The notes beneath the pieces were generated by a model that was given only the letters and a program-made list of their open reading frames with translations, did not search any database and had not been told where the DNA came from. Below, piece by piece: positions 36,464 through 48,200 of a stretch of DNA of 64,000 nt. The position numbers were made by a program, and so were the translations under genes. How positions within the stretch are numbered: position 1 is the stretch's first letter; each line of letters opens with the position of its first letter. The stretch comes from Spizellomyces punctatus DAOM BR117 (Eukaryota), in NCBI GenBank assembly GCA_000182565.2, contig KQ257455.1; one strand, 5' to 3'.

Positions 36464-37697
36464 GGGTAACCGTTTCTCGGGACTAGGGTACTACCCCGGC
36501 GACGACCTTTGCTCTAATACTACCATACCGCTTACCTAAGGGCTATGGTCTCACCACTGATACGCTGCTGGACCCTGTGCTTATTTCAGAGATTCCTTTT
36601 CAGAGCACTAGAGACGACCCAACTCGTACCCGTAATTATCCAAGGCGAATATGCAAGTCAACGGTAACTTGGAGTGGGCCTCAGAGATGAATGTGTAGCT
36701 TTCTGTAGGATATTTCTTCTTCTCCTCCACCAATGCTACTGAAAATACATGCTGCCCAGCCAATATTTGTGACTCATCGGAAACCTTTGCAATAGCCTCA
36801 CATCCTGCCATTTCTACTGCAACCATCATGGAATTGCGTAATTTGGTCGGAATAGCTAGTTGCGCATTGGCGTGCGGATGCATGGAGGGACGTTGCGGAC
36901 ATGGCATGTCCTCCTCAAACGCATTAATTTAGTACCGTCTATTGTTATTGTTGGTGGATTAAGCGTCTAAGGGATAGATGCATGTCAAAAGGAGGAAAGA
37001 AAAATATCATATCATATAAGGAATGCAAAATGTAGCAAAGGCATTTAGTTTGCTTTGCATTACTACGCATATTAGGTGTTGAGACAAAAAGGAGCAAATC
37101 AGAGTAATGAATTGACATATGCACAATGCACGGCATACGCAGCTGCCCATTTGTTTATACGACTCTGCGATTCTGCAATTAAAAAGTACTACAAGGTTCT
37201 TTGCTTTTCCAGTACGATGGTCCATCCCAGTCTAGTGATACTTCAACGTAAAACAGACATATTTCCCATGTACCATAGTTTGCAAAAAGCCACGAACCCT
37301 TTCGAGTTGATTCTCAACACATGCAGTAAATTTCAATGTGTGCCATTGTGCCTATTGTTTAAAGGAAAAACTAGTAGGAGAGCACAAACGGCTATAGTAT
37401 GGCATTTGGCCGTTTGCCTACAATACTCTGATTGCACCCACCAAAAGTCATGTTCTGACAGGTGGAATTTGGAGCTGGCAAAAAGGATGGGCTTTGCACG
37501 CACCCGATTCAGGTCATTACTATAATTCACACATGGGCAAGCCTCGAGTGTATGTACCGTTAATGTAGATGACGACCCCAGCAGTCCCATGCCGTCATAA
37601 ACCCCCGTCATGGGGCCTGTCAAAAGCTTATCATTCCCGCTGACCACAATCGAGCTTCTTATAAAAGGCGCTCCCCCGCTGCTCCACCTCTCACCAT

Positions 37698-37957
37698 CAA
37701 AATTAGTGGCCCGTACACAGCCTGTTTGCAGGTGGTAGTACTGGTTCAAGGGCTGACGCCCACTCACCAGAGGCCGGACGTCCGACGTCCGGCCTCTGTC
37801 GCATCGCTCACGTCCAAAATTAGTGACCGTACACAGCCTGCAAGAGCAGGTGGTAGTACTGGTTCATGGAGGTAGCTTTGCAACTGCCCAGGTTTGTTCC
37901 CTTGCCGTCTTCTTGTTCACCGTACAGAGCCTACACACTCAGGTGAAAGTACTGGTG
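37698..37957. repeat. Three dispersed copies of a stem-loop motif around a perfect 31-bp palindrome
   Basis: Cores at 37711-37744, 37827-37862 and 37920-37957; palindrome cagaggccggacgtc-c-gacgtccggcctctg at 37768-37798. Confidence 0.85.
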
Positions 37958-38037
37958 CAAGAAGCTTTACGCTCGGGAACTGCCCGGTTTTTCTCCCTTG
38001 CTATCTTTCTTCTATTTGTTGAAACCCTTGTCCGAAG

Positions 38038-38439
38038 ATGCCGCCCGAACCGGTTGTTCTCAAGAAGCCTGCCCTCGACCCTCCGGACGCCGTAGATGCC
38101 CCTCCTCCAACTTTTAACCCATTCCAATGGAGTAAAGTGGACCTTCTTCGCTGGGGATCTATCCTGGGCAACATAGTTTTTGGATGGAACGTTGGGACTG
38201 TTCGTTCCGTACCCCCGCGTGCCATGAATCTTTTATATCGGACCCAAACGGTTGGGCGGAATCAAAGAGGCTCTCGTCCTGAGAATGCTTGGACTGCTGA
38301 TGCACCTGGAGCTCCACCGGCGCCGGATCCTTTTGTTGCTTATGTCGATTCCTTGCTTCAGAGTGTCATAGGAAACAATGCAGCACATCGAGCGAGATAT
38401 ACTCAGAAAAACCAATTTCGTAAATTAAACATAGAATGA
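38038..38439 (+). CDS. Pro-rich hypothetical ORF, possibly the truncated first ORF of a mobile element
   Basis: 133-aa ATG ORF directly downstream of the structured repeats; no motif recognised. Confidence 0.3.
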   Translation: MPPEPVVLKKPALDPPDAVDAPPPTFNPFQWSKVDLLRWGSILGNIVFGWNVGTVRSVPPRAMNLLYRTQTVGRNQRGSRPENAWTADAPGAPPAPDPFVAYVDSLLQSVIGNNAAHRARYTQKNQFRKLNIE

Positions 38440-38509
38440 TATCCATAAGTAATAATATCTAATAGTCCACAATTAAATCCGTCGCTCTAAGCAAAATAGA
38501 AAATAACAT

Positions 38510-40313
38510 CTACAGGTCCTTTTTCACTTTGGCTGCCTCCGATGCATCAACCATTTTTACATACTCTTGGAAGGCAGTTTCGAATTCCTTTGTAATGGAA
38601 AGCGCAGCACCTGGTCCAAAGAGACCAGGCTCTTCTTCATCCAAGTCCATGTTGACACTCAATGTCACATGGCCCTGGTAGGTATATACAGCGCAGGAGA
38701 CGCTGTTTGGCATAGCTTGAGGGATGAACGCAACCATGGCATCAATGTTGTGGGTGCCCCACTTGAGAGGCACGGCCGGTCCAGGCACATTGGTTAGTAC
38801 ACCGTGGAGTTTGTACGCTGCACCAAGAGCACTAGAAAAGGAAAAACGTAAGAAATACGCGCTTCAATTCAGCAGGGAAATTCGGCTCGCAACTTACAAG
38901 GAAGGCAGGGCATTGGGGTACCGGTAGAAAATCTCTTGTGGGAAGTAGTGGAAAGCAGCTTCCGGACTCGATTTCCCACTCCTCATGTTCTTGCTGACAG
39001 ACTTGACTCTCTTGACCAGATCCACGCTGGGGCCATTAGGAATAGAGAGCATGTACCCGCTAGTTTTATTAGAGGTCGAAAAATCGGTCACGGCACGCAT
39101 TGAGGTCGGAATCATAAGCCAGAGATTGGGATCGCGGGGAGCATTGTTACGTATGAGGTGGCCATCCAAGGCTGCTCCGACGCAGGCGGTCAAGACATCG
39201 TTTACGGTGACGTTGAAGTGATTCTTGACTTTCTTTACATCTTCTAGGCTTACAGAGTGGGTCCATGCTGTCTGCTTCTTATTTGTTCTTTTCGATCTTG
39301 TGTAGGATTTGCGGCGGCTGGCAAGGAAGATGAGGATATTGGCAAGGTAGAGTGCAATGCCGTAGAGCAAGAACATGAAGGTGAACACTTGTCGTTGGAC
39401 GTATTTGAAGGCGGCCTGCTGAGAGGGAATACGGGAAAGGATGGTCGCGGGCTTCTTTTCACTTTCGACGACTTTGCTGACTGTCTTGGGCTTTGCAATG
39501 TTCCGACCAGCAGAGTATTGAAGCTTTGAAGCATCAACAGTAGGATCAAGTGATGCAACATAGGTGAGGAATGTACGGACGAAACCCTGTCCGTCGGCAA
39601 TGGCATGCTGAAAGGCATCACACGAAATGTTGAGGATATGTTCAAATGTTGAAACGTTATAGTGATAATACTTACGTGTGCGATCCACAGAATAGCACTT
39701 CGTTCTCCGCCATCCAAGCCCTCAAACCAATAGCACCGCCATAATGGAAGGCCAAAGTCCATATGTTCACCGCATAGCTCGCCAGATACTTGCATTAGCT
39801 GCTCTTCGGTCCCTGGGGACGGCTGAAGTAAGCGGTGCAACATGTGAGCGTCACGTGAGAGCGACCAGTTGCACTAAAAACGGCATTCAATTACCAGCTG
39901 CACCGACAGAAAATGCTTGTCCAAATCGTACTCGTCGTGCTTTACCCAGTAAGGCCTGGCGAATACGCCGGGAGGACGGACAATTCTTTGCTTGCATCGC
40001 TCGAATGTGTCGGCAAAATGACCGATTTGAGACCGCATTTCTTCCCTCGATATTTTCTTGTTGAAATAGTAGAGGCCAGCCACGTTCATCTGTCCAGCCG
40101 ACAACGGTTAGACATGTTGCCGGCCCGAAGCGTGTTAGGCGATAAAGAACGTACATTATGGTATTTATCTTCCATGATCAAGAACAAGTTGTCCCTTCCC
40201 GTAAGGTATTCTATCCTGTCCGAGACCGCGACTTCCGTGTCCTGTTGTTGTTGCGTGAGGGATGCATTGTCGGCGTCGTTGGCCGATGCCTCGGGAGCGA
40301 CCTTGACGGGCAT
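38510..40313 (-). CDS. Wax ester synthase/diacylglycerol acyltransferase (WS/DGAT family), multi-exon
   Basis: LTGRDNLFL, PYWVKHDEYDLDKH, PLWRCYWFEGL, catalytic WIAH|HAIADGQG (HHxxxDG), VTVNDVLTAC, TNVPGP, YTYQG. Confidence 0.9.
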
Positions 40314-40851
40314 GGCTGCAAAGTTCAACGTTCTGGGGAGTAAAGAAAAAAACACGGAAATCTCCAAAGGTTCCTCGTTATAAAAAGGACACAAAATGCG
40401 GAGTGTGAAATCGGGAGATTATTTCTTCCTTTGGGCAATAACTGCGATTTGTGATATTGGCAACTGGTCGGATGAATCATTTCATCCTTTATGGCTGTGC
40501 CTACTTGAACATGGCTGTGCCATGGGTATCTGATGGCTATGCCACACGTTATGTCCGTAATCGCACGAGGAAAATATTTTTTACAGTTTCTTCTGTTGGA
40601 TTACTTCATGCTTACGCCATTTCTTGGCGCAGTAGCTACCCTGAATGCAACCACATTGGAACCATTCTCGTCGCGCCTCCAAGGCCTCCACCCGTTTGCG
40701 TTCCCGGAGCTCTTTTTTTGTTTGAGTTCTTGGCGATTATAGTAAATTTGTGTGAAGAGGAATTAGGATATTTGCTTTCGGGGACCTCTAGGCGCAAAGG
40801 ATATCTTGTACGCTTCTTACGTTTGAGCACTTGCGTGCAGAGCACTGGACT

Positions 40852-42261
40852 ATGGAGGACACTGGCAAGTCTACATGGAAGCGCCTGTTGTCGCTGCGGA
40901 GATCGAAATCAACGTCTCACGCAAGCAGACGCGGTGCCCGTGGCAGGTCGCCTGTCAATGAAAACGCGTTTGATCAGAATACTGGACCGCGCAGCGCCTC
41001 TCCGTCGCGAAGCGAGTTCACGACCGCACCTCTGCCAGCGTCACCGCTTGCCTCTCTAACGTCGAGTCAATTGACGGTTTTAGCGGCGTCTGTCTTACAT
41101 CAGCTAGAGAGCGACCCACGGCACCCGACCGAATCCCCAGCCCCTGCGTTGGTGGCCGCGCGTGCCTTGGCTTCCCCCCACCGGCACTCGGTGGCTTTGG
41201 CGTCGAAAGCAAATGTAAAGCTTGCGCAGCTGCCGGAGAATCAACTACATAGACTTGCACTGGATGTAGAAGACGAGTGTGAACGAAGATTTCCAGATTT
41301 GGCAGTGTCTGCTGTCTCGGTGGTCGCGCAGAAAGACGTGGAGACGGTGCAACGCGGAAGCAGAACATTCCTGTCATTGTCCAGGAGAGCACATTCAGAG
41401 TTTCGGAATGACACAGCAGTATGGCTCGCCGAAGGTGACTATGATGAAGACGAGGTGGAAATAGTGCCAAATACAACGAATGGCGAAATGATGGCCAGCG
41501 AACCCAACTTTGAGCAACCTGACTTGGAGCCTGCGCCAACCATTAGAATTCCCCCTCGCCGCTTTGTTCTGCGCTCAACCAACAGGATTGATACCAAGGA
41601 GGGCGCGGGTGCACAGTCAGACGAAATGTCAGATGTGGAGACTAGTTTTGTCCGAGAATATGGCTCACGCGTCATCTCTGAGAGTCAACAATTCTTTGAC
41701 AAATTGGATACTAGCGAATGTTTAGATAATATTCCTCGGAAGCCAGTAAGCACCAATTCACAAACCACCCTCATCGAGGAAGGCGTAGAGAATCTCCCAG
41801 CGCTGCCAAACTCACAACTACCGAGAATCGATACAAAGATGAATGCAAAGACGGCGTCCATGCGAACAAGTCCGAGTAGCCCAAATGCACCAAATTCTCC
41901 CAGCCTCAAACCCTTTACCGCCGCGCTCTCTATCCTTACAACACCACAACTTCTTGCAGCCGTTCGCGACGTGAGAGGTATCATGGCACGAAGGCACAAC
42001 CCATACGGAGCAGCCAAAACGCATCGACGCAATAACTCGAATGTTACGGTAAAAAGTTCAAAGAGTGTTGGAGAGTCTGAGCCTGCACTTTCGGAAACAT
42101 CAGATGATGACGACGAAAACCTTACGTACTGCGAGCAGCTCCTCCTCCGCCTACCGATGAGCAGAATAAGGATCATTTGGGCAGCGGTAGCAGATGAAGT
42201 CCGGCGAAGAGGATTGGATGTGAATGTGCATTCCGATTTGGATCCGCTTACGACTGTTTAA
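40852..42261 (+). CDS. Protein with Spa2/GIT homology domain (SHD)-like repeats
   Basis: KLAQLPENQLHRLALDVEDECERR is a clear SHD-like unit. Weaker copies: LASLTSSQLTVLAASV, LSILTTPQLLAAVRDVRGIMARR, LLRLPMSRIRIIWAAVADEVRRR. Confidence 0.7.
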   Translation: MEDTGKSTWKRLLSLRRSKSTSHASRRGARGRSPVNENAFDQNTGPRSASPSRSEFTTAPLPASPLASLTSSQLTVLAASVLHQLESDPRHPTESPAPALVAARALASPHRHSVALASKANVKLAQLPENQLHRLALDVEDECERRFPDLAVSAVSVVAQKDVETVQRGSRTFLSLSRRAHSEFRNDTAVWLAEGDYDEDEVEIVPNTTNGEMMASEPNFEQPDLEPAPTIRIPPRRFVLRSTNRIDTKEGAGAQSDEMSDVETSFVREYGSRVISESQQFFDKLDTSECLDNIPRKPVSTNSQTTLIEEGVENLPALPNSQLPRIDTKMNAKTASMRTSPSSPNAPNSPSLKPFTAALSILTTPQLLAAVRDVRGIMARRHNPYGAAKTHRRNNSNVTVKSSKSVGESEPALSETSDDDDENLTYCEQLLLRLPMSRIRIIWAAVADEVRRRGLDVNVHSDLDPLTTV

Positions 42262-42535
42262 TTTGGTGGCTGGACATTGTTCAGGCATAATGCTGCTATA
42301 GATGGGTAGCCAAAGGTAGAAGTAGAGTTATCTTTGTGCTAGCATTCTTTATATTTGCTTTTTAGTTTAGCGTATACCCCAGGTTCTGTAATGTTATCAT
42401 GTAATAATCGTTAATCTTAACTATAATAATCATTATTCTATTGCATTCCGTAATCAAACGCGTTGGTCGCGACAGTTCATCTTGCGCTTTCCTCGCCAGC
42501 ACCTCGCACCACCTTCCTTCAAACATACCATCACG

Positions 42536-43525
42536 ATGTTTCGCACACCTCGCATCGTCCCTGCCATTAGCGTGCTTTTCCTTCTCTCGCTAGCATCCTT
42601 TGTGAATGTAATCCGAAAGACAGTGCCAGTCCTCGGCGCACCCATCCATGGTCAAAGCTACTTGGCAGAGCTGCAAGCGAACGATTTCCCAAAGATTATA
42701 CATCAGAGTTGGAAGACGTCTAAAGTACCGATGGTACGTGTATGAGGGTCGCAAATAAAGAAAATACAACGCCCCCCGCTCATCTTGACGAATCAACATT
42801 GGCAGCGCTTTCAAAAGTGGATCAACACCTGGCAAGATCAAAATCCAGAGTGGACGTACATTCTCTGGACCGACGAAATGAATCGTCTACTGATCGCCAA
42901 CCATTACCCCTGGGCGCTCTCTACGTACGACAATCTCCCTTTACCCATTGAACGCGCCGACATGGTCCGGTACTTTTATCTCCACCGCTTTGGAGGCATT
43001 TACGCTGACCTTGATATGGAGTGCCTCGAGTCGATGAACAAGCTTATCATGACGTATGCGCCGGACTATATAGCCAATGGCTCAGCTGTCGTCCTCTTGG
43101 GACACATGTCTGAGGATTACGAATTCGAGCACAATATTCCCAACGCATGGATGGCGGGTACACCAGGACACTCTTTCTGGATGCACATGGCAAATACCAT
43201 TCTAGAAGCTGCCAACCAGAACGCAACGGATAACGCGGAAAAAACCACGGGGCCTGTGGCATTGAAGAATACCTTGATGAAATATGTGGCGACGGTCGGC
43301 GCTGAGGATCGTGATTCTATCCGTGTTCTCCCACCTGGAATTATTTACCCGCATGATTGGCATGATTATGCGGGAGAGGATGTGGGGCCAATTTGCTGGG
43401 CCAAAAATGAAGGATTTGATGAAGTCAAATGTAAAGAGGCTGTTGTGACAAGGAAGGCGTTCACGATGACCTACTGGACTCATTCCTGGGAAGGCGACTG
43501 GTATAAAGGATATGACAATGCTTGA
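42536..43525 (+). CDS. Glycosyltransferase family 32 (SUR1/CSH1-like mannosyltransferase)
   Basis: N-terminal TM segment, FPKIIHQSWK, ERADMVRYFYLHRFGGIYADLD (DxD), TTGP, HSW; intron at 42734-42805. Confidence 0.9.
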
Positions 43526-43798
43526 ACGGCATGACCGCTAGTGAGAAACGAAGGCGGTTCCTACTGTATGTTACTTATGTGCAAAGTTTTCATTTCTTGG
43601 CGTATATTTGCAATGTACCTCTACGTTTGAGAAATATTTATATATAAGGATGTTATCTGATATTTTGGATCGAAAGGTTATATATTCATTATAATGGAGT
43701 GACAGCACACTTCTATGGATACGAGGGAACTATGTAAAAAACAAGAGGCCGATGTCTATATACAGTAAAGGAGACGCAACAGCCTAAATACACTAATA

Positions 43799-44797
43799 TT
43801 AACATATGGCTGCCTTGGCTATCACAGACGATGAACCACTGCTCTTCATAGTAGGTCCATCACATTTACGCCCAACGTGGGAAACAAACTTTTGGAGTCT
43901 GACCAAGGTCTGCTCCATAGAATAGCAGTCATTTCTCTTTTGACGTAGGTCCTCAGCAATGGTGCAATACTGCCAGCACGCCGCAACGAGAATCAATAAC
44001 CTGTAGCCAGCCATGGACACCTCACGCAACCGATCATACGTGATCTGAGGATCTACCATGAGGATGCGTTCTACTCGCTTGACATTTGCGAATGGAATGA
44101 AATCAACACCGACACGGAGGTTCATCAGCCAAGTTTTGAACTCGTAGCGGCTCATGCACTTTTTGATGGTAGGCCACGGCATCGTAGCATCCACGAAATA
44201 ATCTTCAACGGAATCTCCAAAGGATTGCTGTACTTTTCGACGGTTTGCTACAGAGCTGTCAACACCCTTGAGAATGCAGAGACATTCGCAAACCGTTTGC
44301 AATTCGGGAGGGGGTGCGGAATACCATATCGCTTCGGTGAGCTCGTTGAGCGACACATTCCTCAAATAAGCTCGATAGTGACTCAGATCGCCGTGCTTTT
44401 CTCGTTCAGTTTCCCGATAGATCCTGTTGGCTTCAGTTATCTTTTCTCCCAACTCAACCAGTTTCGTCTCGAAACGGGCAAGGAGCACGACAGTTGCGAG
44501 TGCCGAATATCTCTTTGAAATACAGCGCATAATACAAACATGCTTTGTGGGCATGCTCTCAAAGAGAATGAGCAAGAGTTCGTTGGGAAGGTGTGGGAAA
44601 GAGGGTCGGGGCTTAGAGGAGGATACGACTGGGACAGGAGCGGTATCAGCAGAGAGCTTCTTGTGGAGAGTTGTGGTTGAAAACTGGGGCATCTTGAGAA
44701 GTGATTTTGGGGAAGGGGATGAAAAGATGGTTGAAGTCCTATTACGGGGAGATGCAGACAATGACCTTTGGGCAGAACCTCGCGATGGGGAATTCAT
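43799..44797 (-). CDS. F-box protein with a dynein stalk/microtubule-binding-domain-like C-terminus (intronless, 332 aa)
   Basis: F-box FPHLPNELLLILFESM..IMRCISKRY (aa ~67-106), then a coiled coil and LRNVSLNELTEAIWYSAPPPELQTVCECLCILKG..WPTIKKCM..F..L..IP..DPQITYDRLREVSMAGYRLLILVAACWQY. Confidence 0.85.
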   Translation of the reverse strand: MNSPSRGSAQRSLSASPRNRTSTIFSSPSPKSLLKMPQFSTTTLHKKLSADTAPVPVVSSSKPRPSFPHLPNELLLILFESMPTKHVCIMRCISKRYSALATVVLLARFETKLVELGEKITEANRIYRETEREKHGDLSHYRAYLRNVSLNELTEAIWYSAPPPELQTVCECLCILKGVDSSVANRRKVQQSFGDSVEDYFVDATMPWPTIKKCMSRYEFKTWLMNLRVGVDFIPFANVKRVERILMVDPQITYDRLREVSMAGYRLLILVAACWQYCTIAEDLRQKRNDCYSMEQTLVRLQKFVSHVGRKCDGPTMKSSGSSSVIAKAAIC

Positions 44798-45169
44798 TTC
44801 CGTGTGTGTTGTGCACAGATGAGGGTTTCTGGTTTGTTGGGAAAAGCTCTAAAAAAGGTTCCTTTAAGTCAAAAGGGCTCCTCTTGTTCCCCCCCGTCCA
44901 AAAAGGAAGGGAGATCTTGCAGTGTTTTACAACGAAAAGCCGCGACGCTTCTTCTCCTTTAATTTGGGCGAACGGCGAGTCCCTATTTTTAGCAACGATT
45001 TTCGATATGAAATTTGGGCTATTTTTAGGTGAGATGCATTACAGGATGCGATGCACAAAAGAATATCCGCTGGTGAACAGCAAAGACGTCAAACAGTTCA
45101 ACTGGACTAGGTAAAAAAGAATGGGATATGATTTACAAACCAACGCCTCTATTTTGCCCAAATGTCCTT

Positions 45170-45237
45170 AACCTTTCGCAATTCCCTTTCCCTTCCGGTC
45201 AAAAACCTTTGGCAATTCCCTTTCCCTTCCGGTCAAA
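45170..45237. repeat. 34-bp tandem duplication spanning the CTF4 stop codon
   Basis: aacctttcgcaattccctttcccttccggtcaaa followed by aacctttggcaattccctttcccttccggtcaaa (1 mismatch). Confidence 0.9.
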
Positions 45238-48200
45238 CTTGAATTTACCCAAGTGACGCTTTGCACCGTCGTCGTCATCAGCTATTGTTATTTCCTCGTT
45301 TTCCTTGTCATCTGTTACATTGGGTTCGCTTGTCTTGGTTTGTTCTGTGACCGACTCCATCTCTTCTGTACCATCGTCAACAGTCATGTCCTACAAGTCG
45401 GCCAAACCGGCCATAATTAGCTCGCTTTTTAGAACATTATTACAATGCATTACAACTTACATCCTCTGGTCTGTCATCCGCTGGTCCGTCCTAATAGGCA
45501 GGGGAAATAAATGTCAAGAGATTTCTTGCAGTCTTCTTTGCAAAGGCGACGCTTACCTCATTTACCGTCCGGCCAAAGAAGCTAGTGATAGCATGAACAG
45601 CACCTTTCATTTGGTTGTCACTGGATCGAACATCATTGTCATCTATTGATGCATGCTTCTTTTCGGTCCTTCTTGCCCTTTTCTCATTCGGGGGCACTCC
45701 ATCCTGCAAAAGAGTAATGTAAATACCCAATTCGGGCATGTGCTTGCAATTTACAGCTGTCCAAACCTCGTCTTTCCTAGAAATGCCAAACAAGGTTGTT
45801 TGATTCTTTCGTTTTCTCGCATTGTCCTCATTCTCCCTGCCCTTTGCATCAGCTTAAAGAATGTTAGACTCGAGTGACATTTCAGCTCAAATCACGCCAG
45901 CCCTTCATGCCCTACCGTCAGCTCTCTTCGCACTGGTCACTCCTTTGATTGCATCAAAAAGGTTTTTACTCCCGTTCATCGCTGGTGGTTTAGAGATACC
46001 TCCTACAGCAAAAGGGTTGCGCACATGGGAGGTGGTTCCCCGGGTATCATTCTCGGATGTGCTTCCAGAGACCGCATGTGTGGAATTGCGGCCTTCCTTT
46101 ACTGTTGATGTCGCCTCAGACTTTTCGCTGGGTTCCAGTTCGTCGGTGACGTCTACCTTATCCGGGCACGCAGAGGTTTCCTTGGCGATTCCTCCTGATG
46201 ACGTTCGACCTCTACTATTCCGGATTCTGACGGGAACCGGAGGAGGCATCTCGTCAGAGCGCACCCTAGCTTGACTACCGTTTCGTCCGACATCGCTGTC
46301 CATCGCAGACAAAACTGCAGATATTCCACTGTGCGGCGTAGACGCCGTTTGAAATGACTGCCTCAGTCGCCTCTCTTCAGATTGCCTTTCTTGTCGAAGC
46401 CGCCCCTATCAGGATGATCACACCATTTACTTTGCTGCTTCAAATATGCAGCAAGCATACGTGCCGTACCTCCTTCACGATATTCATTCTCTCAGCAAGC
46501 GCAGGTAAGTGATGCATAACAGCAATTTTAATCGCTCCGTCGATTGCTTTAATAGTATGCAGACTGCCACAAAGATCCAAAGCCCGCTGGACCTTCTCCG
46601 CTTTACAGGCAGTCTTTACGGATCGGTAAGCGAAATGAAGTCACTTTGTAGCATTTGATAACATGTTGAGATACACACCAGAATCAATTTAACTATAATC
46701 TTGTCCATCTCCACGTCCTGTTTAAGCAGATCTTTTTCTCGCAAATCGACCTCTCCTCTTTCCTCCGCTTCCCCACGATTATGGCTAGAGAGAACTGAAA
46801 GACGGAAGAGCCTGACGATGTTTATTAGCAAATTATAAAATAAACACTGAATATCAATCATACGAACTTTTCTTCCTCAACACCATTGGGTGTATCCATG
46901 TCGAGAAACGGCGCTTGCAGGGGTATATCGCTCATCAAAGGGCGCGGAAAGGGTGGTGACCGGTCTAGTCCCTATTAAGAATTAGAATTAGAATTGGGGT
47001 CATCATCGGAAGCCATAGGCAAGGCCAATTTGGGACGAACTTTGCATGTGATGCACATCAATCGATCCTCCATCACTTCCACCGGCCAATACCACTCTTG
47101 TTTTTCGCCGCGCACGATTCGTGAATCGAGAACTGGAACCCAGGCAAAGTCATTATGTCGCATTAGATTGCGCAGGACACCGGCGGAGTCGTATACTGCT
47201 GGTATCTGTAAATAAAAGGCTGAGTTGTACGTCCTTTAGTCAATGTACTGGGCATCTGAATCCTACCCCCAAGTCCGAAATGCCAGCCCATTGCAAGGTG
47301 GACCCTGGCGAGATTGGTAAACCATCCCGTCGAACCGATTTTTTGGTCGGGACATGGAACAGCATATAAGCAAGATTCTGTTCACCTTAGGGAGGAATGC
47401 TGAATTAGTATTGACGCTTACGCTATTCTGGGTATTTAAAGTTGCTGTCCGCACCATGGTATACACCTCCCGCATGGTAGATAATTAACAGCCAATCTCC
47501 CTTGCCGGTCATAGTCACCACGGGACCAGGTAGCGACATGACAAATGTTTGCAATCCGCTGTACGAAAAAAATCGCAAGTATCGCTGGCTCGTCGCTGCA
47601 ACAGGGCCGCTACTTGTGATTGCGATGGCTTTTCCACAGTGTTGCTTAGCACCTCGTAGTTTGCATGTCAACTACAACATGTTAACCCCACCTTTAACAC
47701 TTTCTGTTTCTCGGAAGTGCATTGTCCAATCCGCTTTCGTCGCCCATGTGTCAAAAGGTCTGTAAAAAAGGGTGCTCGGATTTCCGCTACTTGCTTCGGA
47801 AGCAAAGCATGCTCCTGATTCTCCAAGGCACGCCATGCTGTAGTTGTGGTAATCGGTGAAATGAAACGGGCGTATGGATCGGTCGTGAAATTCCACGTTC
47901 ACGTTGTGGTGGGTGTGTAAATCAATGGTGTAGATCACACCGACCATGTTGAAAGCTAAGCCCGTACAAGGTATTAAGTGATGTGTGCTGCAACAAGTAG
48001 GGCGACTGCTCATGCTAACCTAAGTATCTTCGGTCGGCCTGCAAAGGTGTTGCACCGGGTTGGAAAGCTTCCTGTACCTCAAGACCCGACAGGTCCATCT
48101 GTCGTCGACCACCATATTCTAAGCGCCATCCGTGAGCGCGGACGAAAAGGGTGTACACAAAGCCTTCGGGCTTACCTCGCTCGAGGTCGGCAAGTACCTT

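Noticed and set aside
36464-36510. Possible HDV-like ribozyme after the tandem hairpins
   Set aside because: I could not build a consistent P1/P3/L3/P1.1 pseudoknot: the loop is too short and there is no G1 wobble partner.
37698-37957. CRISPR-like reading of the spaced repeats
   Set aside because: Only three divergent units with unequal spacing, eukaryotic context and no cas genes.
37920-37957. Hammerhead ribozyme suggested by a stem followed by GAAA
   Set aside because: The CUGANGA core is absent and GAAA is not kept in the other two copies.
26653-42261. Septation/polarity gene cluster (septin-like, Uds1-like, SHD protein)
   Set aside because: The genes are interspersed with unrelated ones over 15 kb, and there is no evidence of co-regulation or conserved linkage.
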